This document shows, one piece after another, positions 1-10,236 of a stretch of DNA of 64,000 nt. Source of the DNA: a virus. The translations under genes were made by a program, and so were the position numbers. The DNA lies in IMG/VR virus record IMGVR_UViG_3300048577_000559, one strand, 5' to 3'. Below the pieces are notes generated by a model that worked only from the letters and a program-made list of their open reading frames with translations, searched no databases and was not told where the DNA came from. Positions within the stretch are counted from its first letter, which is position 1, and each line of letters begins with the position of its first letter.

Positions 1-612
1 ATGTTCCCGTTCAAGCGGAAACTCGTGCTGCCCGGCGAGGCCGGGGTCCAGGCCGGTGACATCATTGGATTCAGCGGGCGAAGCTGGCTAAGCGCAGGCA
101 TCAACATCGCCACTTATGGGATTCCCCTGTGGGGACTCAGCCATGTTGGACTCATGGCCAACACCCCGGACGGTCGGCTGCTGATTTTCGAGAGCACATC
201 CCTCGACGGCGACATCCCGTGTGAAATCACCGGCAAGGCGATCTGCGGCACGCAAGCCCACGCCCTGGACTTCATCCTGCAACACTATCAGGGCAAGGCG
301 TACCACTATCCGCTTTATCGGCCGCTCTATCGGAACGAAGACGAGCGGCTGACCGAGTTCCTGATGGAGACGATTCACGTCCCCTACGACGCAATGGGGG
401 CGTTCCGCTCAGCCGGCGTCGGCCTGTCATGGATTGAGTCGTGGTTTCATCCGTCGAGTCTTCACACGATCTTCTGTTCCGAGTGGGTTGCGGCGGCGTA
501 TGCGGTGACTGGACTGCACCCGACCGACAACGTGAGCCGTTGGAATCCGAACCGGCTCTGCCGTCACTTACGCTGGCATCGCATCCTCTGCAAACCCCGG
601 AGGCTCAAATGA
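1..612 (+). CDS. Permuted papain-fold (C92/NlpC-P60-like) amidase, putative peptidoglycan hydrolase. It may be 5'-truncated at the window edge.
   Basis: ORF with GDIIGFSG..SHVGLM and C-terminal CSEWVAAAY Cys motif typical of YaeF/YiiX-type permuted papain amidases. Its stop overlaps the next start (ATGA). Confidence 0.45.
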   Translation: MFPFKRKLVLPGEAGVQAGDIIGFSGRSWLSAGINIATYGIPLWGLSHVGLMANTPDGRLLIFESTSLDGDIPCEITGKAICGTQAHALDFILQHYQGKAYHYPLYRPLYRNEDERLTEFLMETIHVPYDAMGAFRSAGVGLSWIESWFHPSSLHTIFCSEWVAAAYAVTGLHPTDNVSRWNPNRLCRHLRWHRILCKPRRLK

Positions 613-1166
613 AACGAATTCTCTTCGCGCTGATCCTGCTGGTCGTGGTCGCAGGCTGCGAAGTCGTCGAGAACGCCGGAAACCGCGTAATCAAGAAGGA
701 GCGCCCGGTCGTCAACGTCCCGCTGGCGCTGCGGCAAAGCAACTGGCTGGGCAGCAACCGCGAAGGTTCGTGCGTCCATGCCTCCATGATTTCGCTCTTC
801 CGTTGGCAAGGCCGTTACAAGACGGCCGACTACTGGCGAAAGACTTTCGGCAACGGCGAGTGGCCGGAGGACATGGCCGCCAAGTTCGACCGCGAGGGCA
901 TCCGTTACGCATACGTCGAGAATGGAGACGTGCGGTTCCTGGAATGGGCTTGCCGCACGCGGCGCGGCTGCGGCATCACGGTGATGGGTGGTGCCCACAT
1001 GGTTGCCCTCGTCCATCTGGACGAGAAGTGGGCCGCGCTCTTGGACAACAACAACGTCTCCAAGTTTATCTGGGTTCCCCGCGAGACACTGATCGCGGAG
1101 TGGAAAGCCAGTTACGGGTGGGCGGTGACGCCGATCTACACCCCGGCGGCCCCGCTGCCCCAGTAA
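609..1166 (+). CDS. Lipoprotein with papain-like (C39-like) peptidase features.
   Basis: Signal peptide MKRILFALILLVVVAGC (lipobox). A Cys in GSCVHASM and a His in GGAHMVALVHLD..LLDNNN resemble a C39-like fold. Start chosen at ATG 609, which overlaps the upstream stop. Confidence 0.45.
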   Translation: MKRILFALILLVVVAGCEVVENAGNRVIKKERPVVNVPLALRQSNWLGSNREGSCVHASMISLFRWQGRYKTADYWRKTFGNGEWPEDMAAKFDREGIRYAYVENGDVRFLEWACRTRRGCGITVMGGAHMVALVHLDEKWAALLDNNNVSKFIWVPRETLIAEWKASYGWAVTPIYTPAAPLPQ

Positions 1167-1198
1167 GTCACCGAGTCGCTAACCCTGTGAGGAAACCA

Positions 1199-1900
1199 AT
1201 GAATCGAGTCCTTTTGAGCGTCTGTCTGTTGCTCGCTGTGTTGGCGGCTCCGTGCTTCGCGGACACCGCCACGGCCAATGGCGTGCTGGCCGAACAGCGC
1301 GTCGTCAACCTGCCCAACGATCAGGGCAAATGGTACATCAGCGTGGTCGGCAATGCCAACGACACCGCGTATCTCCGCGTGCTTGGCTGGTTCGACGCGA
1401 ACGCCGGCCTGAAGAGCCTGAAGAACAAGGTCCATTTCTGCCCGGTCTCGGCCGGCACCCCGATCTATCAGGAACGGTACGCCGCGAACGTGAAGGGCCT
1501 GCCGACTGTGCGGGTCCAGAAGCCGGATGGCACGGTGGTCTACGAGGCGTCCGGCAAGAATCTCCCGATGACGGCCGAGGGTCTTTACGGCGCGATCGCC
1601 GGTGCGGTCAACACGGCCCAAGGCATCCGACCGATTCTTCCGTGGCGGCGCGACATGGAGAGGCGCTGCCCCGGACCTGGGCCATGCCCGACGCCCAATC
1701 CGCAGCCGAACCCTGGTCCGCAACCTGATCCCGAGCCGCAGCCGATTGACGACGGCGGGGCACCCGATATGGACCCGCAGCCGGCGGCCGAAGATTGGCC
1801 GCTCTGGGGCTTGGCCTTGCTCGTCAATGGCGGCTTCCTGGTCGGCTTGGCGGCAGGTTACGGCCGCAAGCTGGCGGCGAAGCTGCGTGGCGTGAAGTAG
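1199..1900 (+). CDS. Secreted proline-rich protein with C-terminal transmembrane anchor (unimolecular-spanin-like topology).
   Basis: N-terminal signal peptide MNRVLLSVCLLLAVLAAPCFA, then a PGPGPCPTPNPQPNPGPQPDPEPQP linker and a C-terminal hydrophobic helix LALLVNGGFLVGLAAGYG. RBS GAGGAAACC upstream. Confidence 0.45.
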   Translation: MNRVLLSVCLLLAVLAAPCFADTATANGVLAEQRVVNLPNDQGKWYISVVGNANDTAYLRVLGWFDANAGLKSLKNKVHFCPVSAGTPIYQERYAANVKGLPTVRVQKPDGTVVYEASGKNLPMTAEGLYGAIAGAVNTAQGIRPILPWRRDMERRCPGPGPCPTPNPQPNPGPQPDPEPQPIDDGGAPDMDPQPAAEDWPLWGLALLVNGGFLVGLAAGYGRKLAAKLRGVK

Positions 1901-1981
1901 TTGCGCGTGCGTTTCGTGTCCTCTGTCCCCTGACCATCCGGCCGCCCAAGCGGCCACACTCGAACACCTGGAGAAGAAAAG

Positions 1982-2404
1982 ATGAACCCCACCGTTGTGA
2001 TCTGGATTCTGGCCGTTGCGGTTGCCGTGCTGGTTGGCCGTGAAGTCGGCAAGTGGCTCTTCGGCGAGAACGCCAAGCTGATGCAGAAGAAGCGCGCCGC
2101 CCAGAAATTGGCCGGTATCCTCCGCGACAACGGCCTGCGGCTGTTGCCTGCCGTGCTCGAAGACTTTGCCGTGGGCGACGTGCAGGACATGGTGGAGAAA
2201 ATCCACGATGTCTGCAAGATCGTCGATGCCGGCAGCGATGCCATCCTCAAGGAACTGGAGCAGACCTACGAGAATGTGCTGGCCAAGAAGCTCGCCACTC
2301 CCGAGGGTCTGGCCTACATCAAGGCGCGGATCGCCGAAGTCGAGGCTGCGCCGGCACCCGCTGCCGAGGCCCCGAAGTCCACTGCGGCCCCGGCCAAGTC
2401 GTAA
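1982..2404 (+). CDS. Membrane-anchored hypothetical protein, with a single N-terminal TM and an Ala/Pro-rich C-terminus.
   Basis: ORF with VVIWILAVAVAVLVG TM helix and plausible codon usage (GC3-rich). Confidence 0.4.
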   Translation: MNPTVVIWILAVAVAVLVGREVGKWLFGENAKLMQKKRAAQKLAGILRDNGLRLLPAVLEDFAVGDVQDMVEKIHDVCKIVDAGSDAILKELEQTYENVLAKKLATPEGLAYIKARIAEVEAAPAPAAEAPKSTAAPAKS

Positions 2405-2505
2405 CCGACTGATTCACCGCGCCCGGCTGCGGTCATACGCTCACCGGGCCGGTTTTCCGATGGCTCTCGACACCTTGTCGCGAGCCACCCGAGAACCGGA
2501 GATCA

Positions 2506-2850
2506 ATGATGAATCGTCGAAGTTTCCTGACCGCCACGGTGTTACTCGCGCTGATTGCAGGTTGCGAGGTGCCGCAGCAACAACAGCAAGGCGGTTGCCG
2601 CCGCCCCAAGGTGCTGGCCTTCACCGCTTCCTGGTGTGCCCCGTGTCAACGGGCAAAGCCCGCCCTGGTCCAGATTCAGGCCGCTGGCGTGGACGTGGAG
2701 ATCATCGACATCGACGCCCATCCCGATCTGGCGAAGAAATACGGTGTCACCAGCGTGCCGACTTTCATCGTCTACGTCTGCGGGAAAGCGCCGGTACGAA
2801 CCAACGACATCCTGGTGGTCGTCTCCTTGACTCGTTTTGGGTGCAAGTAA
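2506..2850 (+). CDS. Thioredoxin-like lipoprotein.
   Basis: Lipobox LALIAGC, followed by a WCAPC (CxxC) active-site motif and a thioredoxin-like SVPTF segment. Confidence 0.6.
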   Translation: MMNRRSFLTATVLLALIAGCEVPQQQQQGGCRRPKVLAFTASWCAPCQRAKPALVQIQAAGVDVEIIDIDAHPDLAKKYGVTSVPTFIVYVCGKAPVRTNDILVVVSLTRFGCK

Positions 2851-3056
2851 TGGCTCGCCGCCGCTGTCGCAACTGCCCGGACGAGCCGCGGCCAACACCG
2901 GAACCCAAGGTGACAAGGACGGTTGGCTCCCGTCGTCGCCGCGAACGAAACACGAGGTTGCACCGGGCCGAACGCCGAAGCAACCAGCGAGCCGCACTTG
3001 CCGCTGTCCCACGCGAACCTGAGATGCAACCTCAATTAAACCAATGATGCCGCTCC

Positions 3057-4730
3057 ATGAATTTTGTGGACGAGTTGCGACAAGCACTAGGGGAGGGATT
3101 GCGGAGCAGCAACCTGCGGTCGTGCAGCCGGTGGGCCGAACATCGACGGGTGATGGGGGCACCTTTTAACGGTCCTTATGGTTTCGCGCGACATCCCTGG
3201 TGCCGCGCAATTCACGACAGCAAGGCGGCCTGGACGGTCGCCATGAAGGCGGCCCAACTGGGCGTGACAGAGACCGGGATCAACCGGGCCTTCTTCACGC
3301 TCGACCAGTCGAAGCGCGACGTGCTTTACGTCCTGCCGACGGCGCTGAACGCGAGCGACTTTTCCAAGGCCCGTTTCGCCACCGCCTTGAAGCTCAGCCC
3401 GTACCTGAAAGACCTGTTCGTCGATACGAACACCGTGGGGTTGAAATCGACCGGCACGAACGTTCTGTACATTCGTGGCAGCCGTGGCGATAGCAACCTG
3501 AAGTCCATCCCGGTGTCCGAGTTGGTCTTGGACGAATTGGACGAGATGGACACCCATGCGGTGTGGCTGGCCTTGGAGCGGTTGTCGGGACAGATCGAGA
3601 AGCACATCCTGGCGATCTCGACGCCGACCGTTCCCAAGTACGGCATCCACAAGCTGTACTTGACCAGCACCCAGGAGCATTTTTGCTTCGAGTGTCCGCA
3701 TTGCGGCCGATGGACCGAGTTGGTTTGGCCCGATTGCGTAGAGATCATCGGCGAGTCGGTCAACGACCCCCGCTGCCAGGAATCGTTCATCAAGTGCAAG
3801 GAATGCAAGCATAAGCTGGACCACGAGGCCAAACCGGAGTTCCTGGCCGGCGGCGAGTGGCAGGCGACGGAAACGAACGTCTCGGCGGAGGAATCGCGTG
3901 GCTTTTACATCAATCAGCTTTACTCGTCTACGGTAACGCCTGGCGAGTTGGTGATCGCCTACCATCGCGGGCTGGGCGACGAAGCGGCGAACACGGAGTT
4001 CCATTGCAGCAAGCTGGGCGTGCCCTTCATCGGCGAGGGCGCTCAAGTCACGGACGAGATGATCGAAGCCTGCGTCAAGGCGCACTCGATCAACGACAAA
4101 CGCCCGCAGATCGGCGGCGACCGCCTGATAACGATGGGCGTGGACCAGGGCAAGACGGGTTACATTTCGGTCGTGGACTGGTTGTTCGATCAGCACCCCG
4201 GCAAGGACATCAATGCGGCAGCCATTGGCAAGTTGCTTTGGTTCGGCAAATTCTCCGGCGAGGAGTGGAGTTACCTGGAGGAGTTGATGCGGGAGTGGCA
4301 GGTCTTGGCCTGCGTGGTGGACGCCGACCCGTTCACCAACGACGCCCGCCGCTTCGCCAAGAAGTTTCACGGCTACGTATGGCTGACGCGATACCGGCGG
4401 GGGCAGACGGCCAAGGAAATCGCCATCAGCGAGGAAGACACGGGGGCACCCTTCGCCACGGTGGACCGCACCAACTGGCTCAGTTGCACGCTGGGGCGGT
4501 TCAAGACGACGCCGCCCCGTATCCTCTTGCCACGCGACATTTCATTCGAGTACCGGGAACACGTCAAGAACCTGGTCCGCACCTACAAGAAGGACGACAC
4601 GGGCAATCTGGCCGCCGAGTACGTGAACACGGGGGCCGACCACTTTGCGCACTCCCTGTGCTACGCCGACATCGGCCTGGCGCTGGCCCCGATTGGTGGC
4701 AATGGGGAAAACGTCGGCAAGGTCACTTAG
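3057..4730 (+). CDS. terL: Terminase large subunit (GpA-like).
   Basis: 557-aa protein with Walker-B-like LVLDELDEMD and a Cys4 cluster CFECPHCG..CKECKH as in GpA-family terminases. It sits immediately upstream of the portal gene. Confidence 0.65.
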   Translation: MNFVDELRQALGEGLRSSNLRSCSRWAEHRRVMGAPFNGPYGFARHPWCRAIHDSKAAWTVAMKAAQLGVTETGINRAFFTLDQSKRDVLYVLPTALNASDFSKARFATALKLSPYLKDLFVDTNTVGLKSTGTNVLYIRGSRGDSNLKSIPVSELVLDELDEMDTHAVWLALERLSGQIEKHILAISTPTVPKYGIHKLYLTSTQEHFCFECPHCGRWTELVWPDCVEIIGESVNDPRCQESFIKCKECKHKLDHEAKPEFLAGGEWQATETNVSAEESRGFYINQLYSSTVTPGELVIAYHRGLGDEAANTEFHCSKLGVPFIGEGAQVTDEMIEACVKAHSINDKRPQIGGDRLITMGVDQGKTGYISVVDWLFDQHPGKDINAAAIGKLLWFGKFSGEEWSYLEELMREWQVLACVVDADPFTNDARRFAKKFHGYVWLTRYRRGQTAKEIAISEEDTGAPFATVDRTNWLSCTLGRFKTTPPRILLPRDISFEYREHVKNLVRTYKKDDTGNLAAEYVNTGADHFAHSLCYADIGLALAPIGGNGENVGKVT

Positions 4731-4743
4731 CGAGAGGTTCGTC

Positions 4744-6537
4744 ATGGCCGAAAGTCAAACGCTCAGCCTGATCGACAGCCGACATCCCGGCTACCTCTCC
4801 GGCATGACGGATTGGGAAAAGTGGCGGTGGACCTACGAGGGCGGCGACAGCTTTCGTGACTCCTACTTGGAGCGGTTTTCGACCCGCGAAGATCAGGCGG
4901 ACTTTGCCACCCGTAAGGCCGTCACGCCGGTGCCGGCGTTTGCCAAGGCGGCCATCAACGACATTCGCAACGCCATCTACCAGCGCCTGCGGGACGTGAT
5001 GCGCAAGGGCGGCAGCGAGGTCTACCAGGCCGCTGTCAATGGCAACAACCTGGGCGTGGACCATCGTGGCTCGACCATGAACGCCTTTCTGGGCGTGAAG
5101 GTCTTGACCGAGTTGCTGGTCATGGGACGGGTGGGCGTGTTCGTGGATCATCCGTTGATCCCGGCCGGCGCGACCTTGGCCAACGTCAGCCGGCCCGCGC
5201 CGTACCTCTACAAATACGACATCGAAGACATCCTTTCGTGGACCTGCTCGAAGCCTGATGCCCCGTCCGAGTTTCAGGCGATTCTGCTTCGTGACACGAC
5301 GATGCAGTACGACCAGTCCACGTTGCTGCCGACGCTTACGGTGCAGCGCTATCGCTACCTGCGGATCGACCCACACACGGGCAAGGTCCAGTTGCAGTTT
5401 TACAACATCAAGAAGGAGCCGGTCGATCAGTTCGGTCTGCCCGGCGGCGAAATCCAGTTGGAACTGGATCGCATCCCCTTCGTCATGTTGGACATCGGCG
5501 GCAGCTTGATAAAGGACGTGTGCCAGCAGCAGATCGCGCTGTTGAACCTCGGTTCCAGCGACGTGAACTACGCCTTGCGGTCCAACTTCCCCTTCTACAT
5601 CGAACAAAAGGACATGCGGGCGGTCGGTGCCCACCTGAAGCACGCCGCCACAGAAGACGGTACGGCCACCAGCGGAGGCCAGGGCGCGGCGGACGCGAGC
5701 ATCAAAGTCGGTGCAACGCATGGCCGCACCTATGACAAAGGGATGAATCCGCCAGCCTTCATCAATCCTTCGGCTGAGCCGCTGCGGGCAAGTCTGGAAT
5801 TGCAGGACCGGCTCAAGCGGGACATCCGCGAGTTGGTGAACCTGGCCGTGTCGAGCCTGGCGGTGCGGGTCTCGGCTGAGTCGAAAGCGATGGACAACCA
5901 GGGCCTCGAAGCGGGGTTGTCGTACATCGGGCTGCTCTTGGAAAGCGCTGAGCGGCAGATCGCCGAGTTTTGGGCCGCCTATGAACAGCGGAACGTCTCG
6001 AAGCGTGAAGTGGCGACGATCAAGTACCCGGAACGGTACAGCCTGAAGTCGGACGCCGACCGTATCAAGGAGGCGCAGGACTTGGAGAAGCTGATGGCAA
6101 AGGTGCCTGGCCGCAAGGTCAAGCGCGAACTGGCTAAGGGCATCGTCCAGACGCTCTTGGGCGGCAAGATCAGTATGGATGATCTCAATGCGATCAACCG
6201 TGAGATCGACACCGCCAATTACACCACGAGCGACCCGGAGACGATCATCCAGGCCGTGGCTGGCGGCCTCTGTGGCGAGAAGACCGGCTCGATCGCCTTG
6301 GGGTTCGACGACGACGAATACGAGAAGGCCCGCGAGGATCATGCGGCGCGCGTCGAGCGGATCGCCGAGTCCCAGGGCGTCACGAAGGGCGGCAGCGACC
6401 CGGCGGCGCGGGGTCTGAAAGACCTGTCCGCAAACCCGAACGCCGGGAGGGACGAGAAGGCGGCCAGCCGCAGTACCGATCTGCAAGACACCACGGCCCC
6501 GCGTGTGCGCGGCAAGGGCCGCTTCGCAGGAGAATGA
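4744..6537 (+). CDS. Portal protein.
   Basis: 597-aa ORF directly downstream of terminase with RBS GAGAGG. The size and position fit a portal. No specific motif recognised. Confidence 0.5.
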   Translation: MAESQTLSLIDSRHPGYLSGMTDWEKWRWTYEGGDSFRDSYLERFSTREDQADFATRKAVTPVPAFAKAAINDIRNAIYQRLRDVMRKGGSEVYQAAVNGNNLGVDHRGSTMNAFLGVKVLTELLVMGRVGVFVDHPLIPAGATLANVSRPAPYLYKYDIEDILSWTCSKPDAPSEFQAILLRDTTMQYDQSTLLPTLTVQRYRYLRIDPHTGKVQLQFYNIKKEPVDQFGLPGGEIQLELDRIPFVMLDIGGSLIKDVCQQQIALLNLGSSDVNYALRSNFPFYIEQKDMRAVGAHLKHAATEDGTATSGGQGAADASIKVGATHGRTYDKGMNPPAFINPSAEPLRASLELQDRLKRDIRELVNLAVSSLAVRVSAESKAMDNQGLEAGLSYIGLLLESAERQIAEFWAAYEQRNVSKREVATIKYPERYSLKSDADRIKEAQDLEKLMAKVPGRKVKRELAKGIVQTLLGGKISMDDLNAINREIDTANYTTSDPETIIQAVAGGLCGEKTGSIALGFDDDEYEKAREDHAARVERIAESQGVTKGGSDPAARGLKDLSANPNAGRDEKAASRSTDLQDTTAPRVRGKGRFAGE

Positions 6538-6540
6538 CCC

Positions 6541-7137
6541 ATGCTGGTTGACATTGTGCAGGAGTCCCGGCCGGAGTTTCGCACCGGCAGCGGCACCGTG
6601 GGCACCGACGTGGTGCGCCTCGGCTCCGCCAGTGCGAGGCAGACCGTGACGCTCACCGACGTGACGGCCGGCACCTTCAAGCTGGGCGTCGGGGGCGTGG
6701 AAACGGCCGCCATCGCTTTTGATGCGGCTGCTGCCGCCGTGCAGGCGGCCTTGGCGGCGGTCGTCGGTGCGGGCAACGTCGCTGTCTCTGGCGATCCCGG
6801 TGCGTGGGTCGTGGACTTCACAGGCGCACTGCGGTGGCAACTTATCGCCGCCATGACGGCAGTTGACGTGGACCTGGAAGGGGAAGGGCACGCCATCGCA
6901 ATCACGGTCAACGAGCGCGGCCACGCGGTCGGCTGGCCTGTGAAGAAACACGTCATGCTTCGCGCCAACGGGGCCAATACCAGCGTCATCATGGTCGGCC
7001 ACACGGCCGCCGAGGCGGGCGACGGCTTCATCCTGTCCGCCAGCCAGCAAAGCCCGCCAATCTACGTGAACGACCTGAACAAGTTGTACGTCGTCGGTGG
7101 GGCGGCGGACCAGGGCTACTCGTGGATTGCCTGCTAA
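6541..7137 (+). CDS. Hypothetical head protein, Ala/Gly/Val-rich.
   Basis: ORF in the structural module between portal and scaffold. Confidence 0.35.
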   Translation: MLVDIVQESRPEFRTGSGTVGTDVVRLGSASARQTVTLTDVTAGTFKLGVGGVETAAIAFDAAAAAVQAALAAVVGAGNVAVSGDPGAWVVDFTGALRWQLIAAMTAVDVDLEGEGHAIAITVNERGHAVGWPVKKHVMLRANGANTSVIMVGHTAAEAGDGFILSASQQSPPIYVNDLNKLYVVGGAADQGYSWIAC

Positions 7138-7149
7138 GGGAGGCGTTTC

Positions 7150-7671
7150 ATGGCAATCGACGCCACCTTCTACGGCACGCTGGACGAGGCCGACGCATAC
7201 TTCGCCAACCGGCTCCACGAAACGGCGTGGACCAACGCCTCGGCGAATGACCGGCGGAAGGCGCTCGTGGCGGCGCGGGGCATCATCGACTCCTTGAGCT
7301 ACAAGGGCAACAAGGCGAGCGTTTATACGCTCTTGCTGGCGAACCCATCCGCTACGCAAGAGCAGATTAGGGCAGCAGTGGCGACCCAGGCGTTGGAGTT
7401 TCCGCGCGGGGCCGACACGAACGTGCCCGAGGCGATCCGCGTGGCTTCCTACGAGATCGCTTATGCCCTGTTGGATGGCAAAGACCCTGAGTTGGAATTG
7501 GAGAACCTGGCCGTCAACTCGATGGGGTACGGGGCGGTGAAGACCAGCTATGAGCGGTCGCAACTGCCCATCGAGCACATCATCAACCTGGTGCCGAGTT
7601 CCGTCGCCTGGCGATTGTTGAAGCCTTTTCTGCGCGACTCGGATACCTTGAAGTTATTGCGACTGAGCTAG
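7150..7671 (+). CDS. Head-tail connector (gp6-like) family protein.
   Basis: N-terminal region ATFYGTLDEADAYFANRLHETAWTNASANDRRKALVAA resembles Phage_connect_1 proteins. Confidence 0.4.
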   Translation: MAIDATFYGTLDEADAYFANRLHETAWTNASANDRRKALVAARGIIDSLSYKGNKASVYTLLLANPSATQEQIRAAVATQALEFPRGADTNVPEAIRVASYEIAYALLDGKDPELELENLAVNSMGYGAVKTSYERSQLPIEHIINLVPSSVAWRLLKPFLRDSDTLKLLRLS

Positions 7672-7779
7672 GCGTGTGTCCTGGCTCCCTTTCACCGGCC
7701 CACTGCCGGGTCAGACCCGCGAAACCGGGCTACGCGGAATCGTCTGTCACAAGTCCTGTCCGGGTGTAAGGAAGTTTTC

Positions 7780-8634
7780 ATGTCCGTCTCTCTGTACCTG
7801 GCGCGTCCGTGGTTGTCTTGTTTCGAGGGTGAGGATGACGCTACGAAGGCCGCCGCTGAGAAGGCCGCAGCCGAGGCTGCCGCCGCTGCCGCTGCCGCAG
7901 GCAAGTCGTTCACCCAGGAAGACGTGAATCGCATCGTGGCGGCCGACCGGCGCAAGCTGGAAGAGGCGCTGAGGAAGAGCGAGAAACAGTACCAAGACCT
8001 GCTGGCTGGCCAGAGTCTCACCGAGCAAGAGCGGAAGGCCCTGCAAGCGAACCTGGAAATGGTGCAAGGCCAACTGCGGTCGAAGGAAGAACAGCTTCTT
8101 CTGGAAAAGAAGCAGGTCGAAGAGGTCTACGCCGGTAAGCTGCAAGAGTTAGAAAAGAAGGCAGCGTTCTTTGAGACGCTGTTCCGTGATTCCACCATCG
8201 AGCGGGCGCTCCAAGACGCCGCTGTCAAGCACGAGGCGTGGAGTCCCTCGCAAGTCGTCACCCTGCTTCGCGGGCAGACGAAGATGTTGGAAGAGACGGA
8301 CCCCAAGACCGGCAAATTGATGGGCAAGTTTCGGCCGATGGTCGAGATGCAGGCCGTCAATACGGCGACCGGCGAAGTGGAGACCAAGGCGTACACGCCC
8401 GACGACGCCGTAAAGAAGATGAAGGACACGCCCGACACCTGGGGCAATCTCTTCCGCAGCGGCGTGGTTTCGGGCATCGGCGCGGGAACGGCTACCGGCG
8501 GCCTCACGCCGGGTCAAGGCAGCAAACTGGATGCGGCGGCAATTCGCAAGCTGACGCAAGAGCAGTTCCGCGAGATTCGGGCCAACCACCCTGAATGGCT
8601 CGGACTCGACCCTTTGCCTAAGAAGAGCCGCTAG
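7780..8634 (+). CDS. Scaffolding protein.
   Basis: Coiled-coil-rich, Ala/Glu/Lys/Leu-rich protein immediately upstream of the major capsid gene. RBS AAGGAAG. Confidence 0.55.
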   Translation: MSVSLYLARPWLSCFEGEDDATKAAAEKAAAEAAAAAAAAGKSFTQEDVNRIVAADRRKLEEALRKSEKQYQDLLAGQSLTEQERKALQANLEMVQGQLRSKEEQLLLEKKQVEEVYAGKLQELEKKAAFFETLFRDSTIERALQDAAVKHEAWSPSQVVTLLRGQTKMLEETDPKTGKLMGKFRPMVEMQAVNTATGEVETKAYTPDDAVKKMKDTPDTWGNLFRSGVVSGIGAGTATGGLTPGQGSKLDAAAIRKLTQEQFREIRANHPEWLGLDPLPKKSR

Positions 8635-8737
8635 CCGTTCGGGGGTCGGCAAACCAAAGCTCTGCTCGGAGCCGGCGCGCGTCATGGTGACGAGGCGCGG
8701 CGCGCAGAGGTCACACGAGAAACTTCGGAGAGTTGCG

Positions 8738-10132
8738 ATGAACCGTTTGTACCTCAGCCGGCCGTTCACGGCTTGCTACGAAAACCAACTGGATGCCTTC
8801 ATCCCCGAGTTGTGGGCGGACGAGGGCCTGCGCATGTTGGAAGCCAATCTGGTGATGGCCAACATGGTCCACAGGGACTTCGAGGACCAGATCGCCAAGT
8901 TCGGCGATGTGGTCAACACCCGCCGCCCCGGCGAGTTCAAGATTCGCCGCAAGAAGGACGGCACCACCCTGGTGCAGCAGGACGCCGTGGCCACCAATGT
9001 GCAAGTGCCGTTGAATCAGTGGCTCTACTCGTCCTTCGTGATCCGCGACGGCGAGGGGAGCAAGTCCTTCAAGGAGTTGAGCCAAATCTATCTCCAGCCC
9101 GCGATGCAAACCATCGCCCTTGGCGTCGATCGCGCCCTGTTGGGCCAAGTCCACGCCTACCTCGGCGCACCGGCCGACCGCGTGGGCAAGCTGGGCGGGC
9201 TTTCGCCCAGCACGGCCAAGGACTACGTGCTGGATGCCCGCGAGCGGCTGAACATCAACAAGGCCCCCGTGGACGGCCGCAAGCTGGTCATGGCCCCGAC
9301 GAGCGAGACGGCCATGCTCAAGACCGACCTGTTCGTCAAGGCCAACGAGCGCGGCGACGGTGGCTCGGCACTGGAGAACGCGATTCTTGGCCGCATCCTC
9401 GGCTTCGACACCTACATGGACCAGAACGTCAACTGCGTCCTGTCCGGGTCGGACACCGACAGCGATCCGGTCACGGAGCCGTATGCGGCGGGCGCGACGG
9501 GCGATCTGGCGAGCGTCTTGGCTCCCACGGTCGGTGAGTTTGTGGTCGTGGCCGGCAACGACCAGCCCACTTGGGCAGTGACGGGTTCGGACGCGGATGC
9601 CATCGTCCTCAACGAACCCCTCAAGTACGCCACGCTGGACAACGCCGTGGCCACGCGCTGGGTGAAGTGCGTGACCGCTGCCGCTTACGCGGCCGGCTAC
9701 AGCGAGGGCATTGCCATGACCGTCACCGAGGGGAAGGCCCCGCAGGTCGGCCAGTTGCTCGCCTTCGGCGCGACCCCCGCCACGCGGCACACCTACACAG
9801 TGATCGAGTCCGAGGGGAGCGGCACCTCCTGTACCGTCTACCTGGATCGGCCGCTGGTGGCCGCCGTGGGCAACGGTGCCGATGCGTTCCCCGGCCCCTA
9901 TGGCGCGATGAATCTGGCCTTCCACCGGGACGCCCTGGCCCTCGTCACCCGCCCCTTGGCCCTGCCGGACACCCGCGCGGGTGTCATGGCCGGACACGCC
10001 GCCTACAACGGCATCACCATGCGGGTTTTGGCCCAGTACGACATCAACGCGGGCGGCCTGATCGTCAACTGCGACATCCTCGCGGGTGTGGCGGTGCTGA
10101 ACAGCGGCCTCCTGGTTCCCGTGCTCGGCTAA
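8738..10132 (+). CDS. Major capsid protein.
   Basis: 465-aa protein following the scaffold. A GC-rich hairpin lies downstream. Position and size are typical, with a P22-coat-like length. Confidence 0.6.
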   Translation: MNRLYLSRPFTACYENQLDAFIPELWADEGLRMLEANLVMANMVHRDFEDQIAKFGDVVNTRRPGEFKIRRKKDGTTLVQQDAVATNVQVPLNQWLYSSFVIRDGEGSKSFKELSQIYLQPAMQTIALGVDRALLGQVHAYLGAPADRVGKLGGLSPSTAKDYVLDARERLNINKAPVDGRKLVMAPTSETAMLKTDLFVKANERGDGGSALENAILGRILGFDTYMDQNVNCVLSGSDTDSDPVTEPYAAGATGDLASVLAPTVGEFVVVAGNDQPTWAVTGSDADAIVLNEPLKYATLDNAVATRWVKCVTAAAYAAGYSEGIAMTVTEGKAPQVGQLLAFGATPATRHTYTVIESEGSGTSCTVYLDRPLVAAVGNGADAFPGPYGAMNLAFHRDALALVTRPLALPDTRAGVMAGHAAYNGITMRVLAQYDINAGGLIVNCDILAGVAVLNSGLLVPVLG

Positions 10133-10236
10133 GGGTGATCTCCGTCGAGCGAGTCAAAGGTCGCCCGGCCCGGTCAACACCGGGTCGGGCGGCCCCTCTA
10201 CCATCAACTGCCCTGCGGGCTTGCCGGAGATGCCTC

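Noticed and set aside
441-1166. Longer 241-aa version of the lipoprotein ORF, and 770-1900 for the proline-rich protein.
   Set aside because: The upstream extensions are out-of-frame overlaps with the preceding gene. Signal peptides begin at internal Mets (609 and 1199) with good RBS spacing.
4723-7578. 951-aa minus-strand ORF antisense to the portal and neighbouring genes.
   Set aside because: Arg/Gly/Ala-rich low-complexity translation typical of the antisense frame in high-GC DNA. It has no RBS or start context and overlaps well-supported plus-strand structural genes.
10140-10200. GC-rich imperfect hairpin after the major capsid gene, considered as a terminator.
   Set aside because: The stem has a mismatch and no U-tract follows. 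It is too weak to call from sequence alone.
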